Below, in pieces: positions 10,701 through 22,780 of a stretch of DNA of 64,000 nt. The DNA lies in NCBI GenBank assembly GCA_002269645.1, contig NIVC01002100.1, positions 1 through 64,000 of the forward strand, read 5' to 3'. Every line of letters begins with the position of its first letter. Position 1 is the stretch's first letter. Origin of the DNA: Macrostomum lignano. Lineage: Eukaryota. A program made the position numbers and the translations under genes. The notes beneath the pieces are model-generated. The model did not search any database. It was given only the letters and a program-made list of their open reading frames with translations, and was not told the DNA's origin.

Positions 10701-12759
10701 GTGAGCTGTAGAGATGATGCTGTGAGCTGTAGAGATGATGCTGTTTAAGCTGTAGAGATGACGCTGTGAGCTGTATAGATGATGCAGTGAGAGCAGTAGA
10801 GATGATGCTGTGTTGTTTGAGCTGTAGAGATGATGCTGTTTGAGCTGTAGAGATGATGTTGTGAGCTGTAGAGATGATGCTGTGTTGTTTGAGCAGTAGA
10901 GATGATGCTGTGTGAGCTGTAGAGATGATGCTGTGAGCTGTAGAGATGACGCTGTGAGCTGTAGAAATGATGCTGTGAGCTGTAGAGATGATGCTGTGAG
11001 CTGTAGAGATGATGCTGTTTAAGCTGTAGAGATGACGCTGTGAGCTGTAGAGATGACGCTGTGAGCTGTAGAGATGATGCTGTGAGCTGTAGAGATGACG
11101 CTGTGTTGTTTGAGCTGTAGAGATGATGCTGTTTGAGCTGTAGAGATAATGTTGTGAGCTGTAGAGATGATGCTGTGTTGTTTGAGCAGTAGAGATGATG
11201 CTGTGTGAGCTGTAGAGATGATGCTGTGAGCTGTAGAGATGACGCTGTGAGCTGTAGAAATGATGCTGTGAGCTGTAGAGATGATGCTGTGAGCTGTAGA
11301 GATGATGCTGTTTAAGCTGTAGAGATGACGCTGTGAGCTGTAGAGATGACGCTGTGAGCTGTATAGATGATGCTGTGTTGTTTGAGCTGTAGAGATGCTG
11401 TTTGAGCTGTAGAGATGATATTGTGAGCTGTAGAGATGATGCTGTGTTGTTTGAGCAGTAGAGATGATGCTGTTTGAGCTGTAAAGATGATGCTGTGAGC
11501 TATAGAGATGATGCTGTGTTGTTTGAGCTGTAGAGATGATGCTCTTTGAGCTGTAGAGATGATGTTGTGAGCTGTAGAGATGATGCTGTGTTGTTTAAGC
11601 AGTAGAGATGATGCTGTGTGAGCTGTAGAGATGATGCTGTGAGCTGTAGAGATGATGCTGTGTTGTTTGAGCAGTAGAGATGATGCTGTGTTGTTTGAGC
11701 AGTAGAGATGATGCTGTTTGAGCTGTAGAGATGATGCTGTTTGAGCTGTAGAGACGATGCTGTGTTGTTTGAGCTGTAGAGATAATGCTGTTTGAGCTGT
11801 AGAAATGATGTTGTGTGAGCTGTAGAGATGATGCTGTGAGCTGTAGAGATGATGCTGCGTTGTTTGAGCTGTAGAGATGATGCTGTGTGAGCTGTAGAGA
11901 TGATGTTGTGAGCTGTAGAGATGATGCTGTGAGCTGTAGAGATGATGCTGTGAGCTGTAAAGATGATGCTGTGTTGTTTGAGCTGTAGAGATGATGCTGT
12001 TTGAGCTGTAGAGATGATGCTGTGTTGTTTGAGCTGTAGAGATGATGCTGTTTGAGCTGTAGAGATGATGTTGTGTGAGCTGTAGAGATGATGCTGTGAG
12101 CTGTAGAGATGATGCTGTGTTGTTTGAGCAGTAGAGATGATGCTGTTTGAGCTGTAGAGATGATGCTGTTTGAGCTGTAGAGATGATGCTGTGTTGTTTG
12201 AGCAGTAGAGATGATGCTGTGTTGTTTGAGCAGTAGAGATGATGCTGTGTGAGCTGTAGAGATGATGCTGTGAGCTGTAGAGATGATGCTGTGAGCTGTA
12301 AAGATGATGCTGTGTTGTTTGAGCAGTAGAGATGATGCTGTTTGAGCTGTAGAGATGATGTTGTGAGCTGTAGAGATGATGCTGTGCTGTTTGAGCAGTA
12401 GAGATGATGCTGTGTGAGCTGTAGAGATGATGCTGTGAGCTGTAGAGATGACGCTGTGAGCTGTATAGATGATGCAGTGAGAGCTGTAGAGATAATGATG
12501 TGAGCTGTAGAGATGATGCTGTGAGCTGTAGAGATGATGCTGTGAGCTGTAGAGATGATGCTGTGTTGTTTGAGCAGTAGAGATGAGGCTGTGAGAGCTG
12601 TAGAGATGATGCTGTGAGCTGTAGAGATGATGCTGTGAGAGCTGTAGAGATGATGCTGCGTGAGCTGTAGAGATGATGCTGTGTGAGCTGTAGATGATGC
12701 TGTGAGCTGTAGAGATGATGCTGTGAGCTGTAGAGATGATGCTGTTAGAGCTGTAGAGA
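7796..12759. repeat. ~5-kb satellite of 21/23/28-bp variants (gagctgtagagatgatgctgt[gttgttt])
   Basis: Period 21 at 7991/8012/8033 with +2 and +7 length variants; higher-order structure present. Confidence 0.97.
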
Positions 12760-13393
12760 CTTCTCCAATCGCACACATTTCGGAGATAGAGTGAGATGCA
12801 GATTGGAGTTGGTCTGAAGTAAATTTTGCACCTACAAATGCTGAGCAGCAGCTGACAAGGCTCGATGCCAGCCTCTGCATGGCAAACCCCATTCTGCATG
12901 GGTTTAAGCACCGCTTAAAGAATGCAAGAAGTCGTGGCGGCGCGAGTTGCTTGCTGACACAGAAGGAACAAGAACGAGCAGTTTTTTATTAACTGAAGCG
13001 ATAGACTCGGCCGCAGGGGACCGAGGAAGGAAAAGTGCGTCATCGGTCGAACACAGAGTGAAATAAATTAAGGTCTGCGAATGTGGGTAATTCTGCTTCA
13101 AAATAAGCACAGATCTGCAGTAGCAACAAGAAGAGATCGGACACAAAAAGCACAAAACAACGAATCTTCTGCTGCGTCACTCTGAAGATTGGAACAACAG
13201 TCGGACAAAAGCGAAGCTCAGAGGAATTCCAGCTTCAGCCGCTCCTGACTCAGCTGGTCTATCAGGTGGTAAGCGGCGATTTTGGGCGATTTTAAAGTTT
13301 GCAGTCTTTGGGTAACATCAAGTTTACGACAGCTGGTACTGATTTAGTTGAGTGACGAATGTCTGTTGCCATAGCAATTAGCCCAGAGGCCTG

Positions 13394-15163
13394 TCAGACC
13401 CCGGCATCCTGGACGACGCGGGCTCCGTCGCGATGCTCGCCGCCAAGCCGCTGGTCCCCGTCCTCCTCCGCGTCTCCGGCCTTCCCGCCAGCTCCGCGCC
13501 GCGCGCGACAAAAGCCGAACAGCCGGCGCTGCAGCCGGACGTGCAGGTTGGGGTTGGCCAGGATGTAGATGAAGAAGTTCATAGCCGAGTCCAGGATAGT
13601 CATGATGTTCGCCAGCTTCATCAGGCAGGCGCTGGCCGGAGCGCTGGGATCCAGGATGACGAAGGCGGCGTCCAGCTTGGACAGGAAGGTGGGGAACTCG
13701 AACAGGAAGAACACAATGGACAGCGCCACCACCGTGCGGTTGGCCGGCGAGATGGAGAAGCGGCGACGACGCTGGCGACGAAGGCCAGACGCGATGCTCT
13801 CGGAGTCGGCTGACACGGAGGCTGCGCCGGAGGCGGCGGCAGCGGCGGCGGCGGCGGCGGAGACCTGCAGCTGGCGCTGGCGCCTCCTGTCGGCGCGGAT
13901 GACGGCCCAGGAGATGACGGCGGAGGAGGCGGAGACGATGATGATGGGGCCGCCGGACTGCAGCAGGAACAGCAGCACGGTCAGGTAGGCCACCGAGTAG
14001 GCGGGGCTGAGCAGCAGCGGCGAGGGCAGCTGGTCCGCGAACTGGCCCGAGTCCAGGCAGAACACGTAGACGAACTCGAAGGCCCGCGGCAGCCCCAGGA
14101 AGAAGGCGAGGCCGGTGGCCAGGGGGAACACCGGGCAGTTGAGCCGGCGGCTCCAGGTGTGGTACAGGCGGTGCGGCGATGCCACGGCGGCCAGGCGCAG
14201 CAGGGCGATGAACACCACCGTCCAGTTGCGGAGGCACTGCGACCAGGCGACCAGCGGCACGCTGAGGCTCATCAGCACGGCCAGGAAGCGCGCCAAGCCG
14301 GATGAGGGCACCTGCGGCGGTGCGTGGCTTAGTGACATGTACTTTACGTTGCGCATGCTCTAGGCATTAGAAAGTGTTCACATCGAACTTTTGCTCTTTA
14401 ATCGCACCCGAAGCTACGCAACGATAAGCGGATTTTGCATGATAGGCTTCAACAGTACATGTACCGATATATGTTGCATAGTGCAGTTTTGCAGCTCTAG
14501 GTAGATAATTCTAAGTAAGGTGGCTTATTGAATGGACCAATGCTCTACATGCAGTCTAAGTCAGTACTCTCTGGTTCTCAGCCAATGTCCTGTATGAGGA
14601 AAATCCACCTCTCCTCCAAGGCTGAGCTGCAATTTCGCATTTTATTCATTTTCCCTAAGGCCCGGCCTCCCATATCATGGATGAAAACTGCTGATACGTG
14701 TCTGGAACCATGCGTTTGGAGTGACTTTTCAATTTCACAGAAGACAACCCCAAGCTAAGCATAATAATTTAGTAATTCTTCACACCTGAAGCCGCTGCGT
14801 GAGCAGCAGCAGGTAGAGGAAGAAGTGCAGGAACAGCGCCAGGTTGAAGGCGATCTCCACGGCGGCCAGGCGGAGCAGCAGCCGGAGGTTTCGGCGCAGT
14901 CCGCGTCCGCGGCCCCCGTTGCCGACGGCGCCCCCGCCGACCCTGGCGCGCAGCTGTCGATGGCACAGGGCGAGGCCCCAGGCGTTGACCAGCACGTTGA
15001 CGACGGCCAGGCCGGGGGTGGAGAAGTTGTACAGCCGCTCCAGGTTGTGCAGAGGCTGGCGCTGGCTCAGGTTGGAGCAGGAGACGCCGCGGGACCACAG
15101 GTCCTCTGCGTCCGAGGAGTTGTCGACCAGCAGCAGCCACTGGCCCAGCGATAGGTCTGACAT
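13394..15163 (-). CDS. Rhodopsin-family (class A) GPCR, peptide-receptor-like; 2 exons (14786-15163, 13394-14311), ~431 aa
   Basis: Seven hydrophobic segments; TM1 VVNVLVN, TM6 VFFLFEFP, TM7 LDSAMNFFIY; phase-0 intron 14312-14785 with CAG|GTGTGA donor and CCGCAG acceptor joins both ORFs in frame. Confidence 0.85.
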
Positions 15164-18100
15164 GGCTTTGGAGTGCTTGGCGGTAGAGAATCCACTTTGC
15201 CTGCCTGCGATCTCAGCAGCAGCTCAGACTCGCAGCTCCCGTTTTGTTCCGCTGCGGATGCCGCCCACCTGGCGCTGACAGCCGGGGATTGGCGGATCGG
15301 CCCGCGGCCAACGAGAAGCCGGACCTGCAGCTGCTTGCGCTCGGATTGTTTTTCCCACCGGCAGAGGCAACAGCAATTTTGCTCAGTTTCATTTGATGCC
15401 GTTGAAAGTAGCTCGTGAATCTGGGATGCAGATTCTGCGAAAGCAATTTCCCCCCAGCTTCTTTGAAACAAATTTGCTGTTTTGAGAAACAGACAGAGGC
15501 CCCACATTCGAAGTTTAGAATCTTTTTGGCAAATTCTGAGCAGGGCAGGCGCTGACATCATTCACAGAAGTCGCAGCAATTCAAAGAAACTAAAAATAGA
15601 GCGAAGTCTTCTCCAGGAAATTTGTCCTTGCAGAGACGGGGGTTTTGGTGCGATTCCAGATTGAAGACTCGCCAGCTAAATGCAAGAGACGTGCCAAGGT
15701 TGACAAGTGGTTCCGCCCAGACATCACACTTGTAAATGCCATCAATTTTGACATGAATCTTTGTCATTGGCTCTTACCGGTGCACAATATAAAATTATGG
15801 ATCAGGAAATTTAACATGCCACGGTGCCAGTAAAAAGGGAATCGTTCCCAGATTTCATAAACTTTGCGGCACATGCAAAGCTACCGTGTCAAAGTGAATC
15901 TTAGCCCTGTCACAAAGACTTGCATATGTACACCTCAATGGCTGACATTCCTTGAGCACTCTGCTCGTACCTTAACTTGCAATGGCAAAACCTCTCTCGC
16001 CTATACTGTCGCAGCCTGGAACGCTGAATCGAATGGGGCTTTTCGAATTTTGCCATTATTCGCGAGCCTGATATCTGTTATGTCTGGTGTTGCTAAGTCC
16101 TCCTTGGTTTCCGCTTCCTCATGCAACAAAGCCGATGAGCCTTCCAAATCCGGTTTAATTATTTGGGGACTCGGTCCGGTCTCGCCATGATGACGGAACT
16201 CCGTCATTCGAACTCATTTCCGAGCAAGAGTTCAGCAGCGACTCCCCCAGTAGGCCGACGCGAGCTGAGGTCACGTCCGCCCGTTTTGCCGCCTCCTCTG
16301 TAGGCAGAAGGCGATCCTCAATGTAGGGTCTGTGAAGACTTCCCATAGCTTGCAAGCAAGTGGACTAAAGCTGACGAATAGATGTCAGCTTCCGTCATCA
16401 TTATCGCAATCTATTGTAAATATTTTCATCACCAGTAGGGTAAATATTATTGGCGAATGCGAAATGGCAAGTGCTTGGAGACAATGTCAAGGGCAGAGTT
16501 CTTGCAAGGACAACTAAATTAAGCAACGTGTATACAGGACGCGACACTAATGTTTCTAGGAAAAAGTTTTGAAGGCCACTTTTCACCGAAAAATACACTA
16601 TGGAGAAAGGAAGTATTCATTTTTCAGTACAAAAATTGTTATTGCTTTCGATAGGAGGCAGAGCCAATGTTCATCTTTTGATATGCTGTGCCTTTCTTAT
16701 GGCTCTTGATATTCATAGAGCTTTTCGTTCAGAGAATTAGGATTCTATTTTATTTTCCATAGATTTCGAGTGTTGCATCCTTCTATACTTTAGTAGTCCT
16801 TGATTTCTTGGCAGAATAATTGAGGGAAGCGCATCCCCAGCAGAGAGAAACAGGGAACTACTAACACATTGGGACACCTGTTTGGGAACAGGTGTCCCAA
16901 AAATAGTGGGAAAAATTGATCCACAGACTGAATGCGAAATCAGAATTTAATATACGCTCGTAACATGCGTCACTGAATAGATAATATTCTCCAGTTTTAT
17001 TGCTTTTGGAATGTTGACAGAATGTTATTTCCTTCAAAAGATATGGCTAAAGATATAACAAGGGTTAGGGGGCAGAGTTGCACCAAGTCATAGAACTTTT
17101 GCAACAGAAAAAACAGAAGCAGCAGCAGCAGAATAGAGACATAAGCACCAGAAGGCAGAAGCAGAACCAGAGTTAACGACAAAAGAAACAGCACGTGACT
17201 GGTGTACATGTACAATAAGAATATTTAGAGCTAGCCGCGTCATTAACACGAAATGTGGCCTTATTCGATGCAAGTAGCTAGAAGGCGTTAGAAATTACCC
17301 GCTCGACGTAGTCAGTTCCCATTGTTCAAAATCCTTCGAATTCTGTCCGCTACGATGCGTCCAAATACTAATGGAAGCTGGTCAATGCGTTTAACTTGGA
17401 AAAAACTCTTTCCGATGCTTAATTTGGCCAGAAATTGGCCCTTAAACTCCAAACTGTTCGCGAGTGCCGCATCCTGTGCACGTGCAGCTTGCCAGTGGCT
17501 ATTGAGAGCGAGCACAAAAATCAGCTTTTTTCGCAGGTCTGTGAGAAAATAATTGCCGGCAAATCTGGGCAGTTCGGCTGCAAACTGTAATCTTTTGGAA
17601 TCGCCCATTGCCCAAGCCTTTGTGTCCAAATAAGGAAGCTAGCAGCTTAGGACGCCTGTGCGGAAAGGAAAACCCAGCAGAGCAGTGATAGGGGCGGACA
17701 CGCGACGCGAGGGGCAGAGCGGCCAGCTGCGCTGCGGCCTCTGAAAAACGGAGGACAGGAGATAAACATAAACGATTGAGACGCTGTGCAGCCTGCAGTG
17801 AACAGGCGATACGCTTACAGGTGAAACCCCAGATCCAGACACACGCATGTCAATCACGGCATGGGCGGCGGCAGAGAACTGATGCCAGGCAAAGTTAGAC
17901 TCAAAGCCAGTGCTTGCATAATTGAATCATTCCTTACCTAGCGGAAAACCCTTTCAAAGTACGTGGCGGGCACTGCAAGATGCAGGTGAGCAGAGCAGCC
18001 CGATGAAAACGATACCCAGGCCAAAAAGTGCCGCAGAGCCATTTGTGTCTCTGGAGCCGTTTCAGAGCCATGGCAGGTAACAAAGTGAAATATAAAAGTG

Positions 18101-19538
18101 CCTCTAGACGACTCTAAAGCGACGAGATGTCACGGTACGAGTCGCCAAAAAGCCGTCAGAGTCACCTAAGAGTCTGAAGTTGCTGCAGAATCACCGAGTT
18201 GCGTCTAAAGCGAATCTGCATCAGTCTATGAATTTGAATCGCATTTCGCATTTATGACAACCTTTTTTAGTCTACTTGAGTTAGTATAAATATAAGCACT
18301 GACACGACGCTTTAACGACCTTTTCGCGACCCTTTCGTTTCTGCTCATGACTCAACTATCGCACTCATACATGCGCAACGTCCAAAATTCGGTCGGCCGT
18401 GCGACTTAGTTTTAACAAAAATGCGACGTAGTTTTTTGCCAAAAATGCGACTTACATGTAAAAAAACCCTAAAGCAAAATAAACGCAACTTTGGGTAAAC
18501 AGCGGGAGTAACTATAACTGTCTTTTTAGGCAAAAATGCCTCGTCAGCTACTTAGTACTACTACTTGGGTATTTTTTGGGTGGGCATTTTTGCGACTTCC
18601 TTGGTTGGCTGCCAAATCAGTCGGCCGGATTGGCCGCCTCGGCCGACTGTTGCGCATGTATGATCGCACTGCAGCAGTTGTTTGGGTCGTTAAAAAGTTA
18701 CAAGGGTTGCCTTAGAGTCGCCAGAGTCACTAGTCAGCTGTTTGCAATTAGCGATTCTGCAGTATCTGCAGGCAAACAGTCAGGCGGCGGACAACCTGGC
18801 AGAGTATTCTGAGACCTTGAGCCGAACACAAGTTGTTGTTTTTTAAATGGCACTCAAATGAGATCAAAGACCAGATGCACGGACAACAGCCGATGGAATT
18901 TCGACAAGCTGGCCTGAGACACGGGCGAATAGAGTTGCATAGGCGGCCGAGTTCAAAGGAACAGCAAACTGATCAACAAGTCGGCATCGTTTGAGCAGCG
19001 CACCAGCGGCTACACAAAGCAAGACAATGCAAGATCGGAGGAGCAGAGCTAGTTCTACGCTTCACTTGAATTGAAGAGGAGCTGAAAAAAGCAAAAAATA
19101 TGTACAATAAGGAAACGAGATCAGAAGGCGGCTGAGCAGCCCCAGCGAGTTCTATTTGCCATTCCGGGGAGAAAGCAACAGTCCCGGGGCCTACCGAGAT
19201 GTTGAGCTACATCAGTATAATGTATTTCTGCAGACGCTAATAACTTTTTAACGCTATTAATTAATTTGATTAGAAGTTTATATTTAATGTTATATTGATC
19301 AGTTAGTTCAGATTGCTAAGGTGAGCTGGTGATGGGCAGGTGAGCAGTACAGGTATTTATAATTCAACACAAGAGAGAGAGAGCTGACAAACAGATTGAT
19401 TCGCACGGGAAATCAGACGGGACTTTGCCAAGACTACTACTGTCAGTAGGGATCGCAGCTAAGCTAGAGCCAGTTCCAAAATGTTGTTGTGATTTTATAA
19501 ATTTCCAATAAAATTCTCGGTCAGTTCCGGGGCGCCGC

Positions 19539-19775
19539 TCACTTCAGCCGGCCAGCAAAGGCGTCGTCGTCCACCCGCTCCTGCCAGCGCTCGTGCCACT
19601 CATTCGGGCAGATCTTCTTGTACACCCACTGGAACCAGGCGCACGGCTTGTGCTCCTCGCCGAACTTGTTCACGCAACGGTGGTAGTCCACGAAGTTTTG
19701 CCAGCACATCCGCGTCTTGTTCATGTTGGGAAAGCGCGGGTCGTAGGGCGGGGCGGTCAGCTTGCCGGTGATTGG
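19539..19775 (-). CDS. COX6B: Cytochrome c oxidase subunit 6B, main exon
   Basis: TAPPYDPRFPNMNKTRMCWQNFVDYHRC..C..F..VY..ICP..W..RW is the COX6B twin CX9C/CX10C pattern; acceptor CGCAG just before 19775. Confidence 0.93.
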   Translation of the reverse strand, partial: PITGKLTAPPYDPRFPNMNKTRMCWQNFVDYHRCVNKFGEEHKPCAWFQWVYKKICPNEWHERWQERVDDDAFAGRLK

Positions 19776-20647
19776 CTGCGAATTTGGGGGAGGGTGCAGT
19801 CTGCTGAGTTTTGATTGGCTAAGAATTTGGGGCAAGTGCCATTGCTTAGCGATAAATATTGGCATAAATAGTTTTACTGATTAGATCGAATCAAATATAT
19901 ACCAAGGAGCACTAGAAGAAGGACGGGACACTTCGTTTCTTGGAAAATTTATTAAAGGCTGATTTTCACGGAAAAATGCACTAGCAAGATAAGAACTTTT
20001 CACTTTTTTTCACTTTAAAATGGTGATAGCTTTGTATTGGAAGCAGATACTTTTAGTTACTAGCTATATCATGCAGCAATTATAGTTTAAAGCTAACTAG
20101 TTGACTAACTTGAATTTTACAATATCTTTTTAATTGAATGCATCTATTTATTAGCAATATATCATTAAAAAACAGTTGGCTATAACTATATGCCCAATTC
20201 ACTGCTTCTTCATTTTAGTTTTATACTTTTCATATAAAATAAGTATTTAATTATGTAGCTATACCTTAGCTATACTAGCTATGCATATAATTATTGAATC
20301 ATGTTCTTTCAATTTTGTGCCATTGTAAAATGTAACAACTTTTTTGCCAAGCTCAGAGTTGCTTGTTAGCCAATTTTTCAAAAGAATATATATTATTAGA
20401 ATTAGTAAAGTTTTACTAAACTTTAAAATGGCTGTTCTTTGCAAAAAACGGATATTCTTTGTTTTAATTCTGTCTTTCTTGTAAATTACACTAATATTTT
20501 TTATTTTAGCTTATAATTATTCTTAAGAGAGCTTTTGTTTTTTATATTGAACTATATGAATGTTATCCCTAAACTTGGATTTTTTTATATGCCAACTGTG
20601 TATACTTCATGTTGAACCTAAAAATTCTATATGCCAAGTGTATACCA

Positions 20648-20805
20648 AGATTGTCAGTGAGAGCAAAAATATGCTAGAATTTTCAGGCATAAAGGCCACT
20701 TTCTGGACAATAAGCTACATCAGATTGTCAGTGAGAGCAAAAATATGCTAGAATTTTCAGGCATAAAGGCCACTTTCTGGACAATAAGCTACATCAGATT
20801 GTCAA
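20648..20805. repeat. 74-bp direct tandem duplication
   Basis: agattgtcagtgagagc... at 20648 and 20722, partial third copy at 20796. Confidence 0.9.
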
Positions 20806-21125
20806 CAATCTAAAAGTTTGATTAGCATAGAAAATTTAAATTTTTGCAGCTGTGGCAGCACTGATAAACATGATAATTCCCTAAATATTTTATTTATATT
20901 AATTAAGACTATTTAAAAAGAAAATTACTTTTACCAAATTTTTAAATCCTGCTATCAAAATTAACTTTTTTAAAATGATTTTTGTTGCTAAAAATAATGG
21001 CAATCTTTCAATTTCGTGCTAAATTATTTTAACATGATATAATATTAAAAATGAGTTTGAATGGTACAACAGATGTGATTATAACAAAAACATGAAAGAT
21101 TAATACAGGAAGCTATTTAGTTAGG

Positions 21126-22470
21126 CCTAGGGCAATGGCTAGAGCTCTAGCACCAGAACCCATTTTCTAATGGCTATGGATATGGCTGATTCTGGCAGTG
21201 GTATTCCGGTAGTGCAATTTATAGGTATAATATAGCAAAAACATTTTACTTTTTTACCGGGTTGTTGATATTGGGATTTAGTTCAAGATAAGATCAAAAC
21301 AAAACAATGAAATTCAAAACAAGATACTTCTAATGTTCAAAGACTTTATTAGTAGATAATTGCCTGCAAAAGACCCATGGTCAGGAAGGTGCGCTGTGTG
21401 CGCCGCAACAAATCCTTTGTAATTTTTAACTATGCGTCATGCGCCAAAAAATTTATGTGTTTAGGTATATAATTTTACACGTATTTTAATTTTTTGCTTT
21501 TAGTTTAAAAAAACAATGATTGTTATAATATTTTTTAGGTATACATATACTGTTACCATAATTTAAAAAACCTTTTTGTGCCATTTTAAATTTTAAAAAG
21601 CAATTTTGTCATTGTATTTTATGTTTTACATGTGAACTAAGAAGTTAATACAGTATAGACCATAGTCCGGATCATGTCGTTTACGCCGGAGATCTCCGGC
21701 ATAAATCTGGTTTGGGATCGGAGGCTAGTGTAAGTGCTTGGCATAAGTATAGGCCAAAATGTGCCTTGGTGTAAGTGCTTAGTATAAGTACATGGCATAA
21801 ATCAAGTGGCATAAATGTTGGCACAAATGAGATCATTCACGATCAAATGTATCACTATAGAACATTACACATGTGTGTTAATTATGATGTTAAAGAGCAA
21901 AATTAAAACAAAGTTCATTAAAATATTGCAGTTCGTATGAATGAGATAGCAGAATATCTATTGTAGGATAGCAAAAGTTTTTTTAGCTTCAAGATGCTTA
22001 CTTTGATTCTTGATTCAGAATTTGCAACTTGTGAGATTTTTAAACAGTTGCAACTTCTGAATTTAATGAATCACCGATTAATTGTAAATCTTCTATTCTA
22101 TTCTATTCTATTCACAAGAATTGTGAGGGACCTTTTTTGGGTGGCGTAAGTCAGGACCTTTTTTTGGTTGGCGTAAGTCTGGCATAAGTGCCAAAAAATG
22201 TTGGATTTTTCCTCCGGCGTAAGTCCAGCATGATCCAGACTATGGAGTATAGACTGCGCTAGGTAAAACGCTTTGTGCGTTCTATGGCACACACGGCATA
22301 TATCAAATTTTCTTCTACACCATTTGCACTGTGTGCACCAAAAAATCCTCTGTGTGCACTGCAATTTTGCCTGAAATCTACCATCTTCCTGACTGTGGCA
22401 GAAGACTGCCAGATCCATGGCCATTAGAAAACAGGTTCCGGTGCCGGAACTAGCCATTACCTATGCCTAG
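21126..22470. mobile_element. Nested inverted-repeat element(s), MITE/foldback-like, in the predicted COX6B intron
   Basis: Outer degenerate inverted repeat ~21126-21200 / ~22400-22470; inner inverted repeat 21651-21710 / 22210-22256; no clear TSD. Confidence 0.55.
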
Positions 22471-22499
22471 TCAGTTAGTTGCACTATAGTAGATAGCAG

Positions 22500-22780
22500 T
22501 GGCTAATCAAAATCAAAATCAAAATCATTTGCTTTAGAATTGGGATCATTCACTTCAGGATAGGGAAAATTCACTCCATGGTCAGGAACATTCACTTAGG
22601 ATTGGGTTTATTCACTTCCATTCACTTCAAAACAAAAAACCAATCAAATCGATCAAAAAAATCAAAAATCAAAAATCAAAAAATCAAAAATCAAAAATCA
22701 ATCAAAACCATTCACTTCAGAATTGTAATCATTTGCTTCAGAATCGGGATGGATCATTTTAGAATCATTTTAGAATTGCC
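22500..22780. repeat. (aaaatc)n and attcacttcag short repeats
   Basis: Directly visible low-complexity tandem motifs. Confidence 0.75.

Noticed and set aside
11312-12911. 526-aa and 438-aa ORFs
   Set aside because: Translations of the satellite's stop-poor strand; no splice or codon support.
15200-17900. Several 60-160-aa ORFs upstream of the GPCR
   Set aside because: No recognisable motif or consistent splice chain.
18050-18800. Scattered short inverted motifs (gactctaaagcgac, ctgcagaatc)
   Set aside because: Pairs are not in nested order and there is no TSD; cannot define an element.
19776-19865. N-terminal 30 aa of the COX6B ORF as given in the track
   Set aside because: Lies upstream of a clear acceptor, runs into AT-rich intron sequence and is not COX6B-like.
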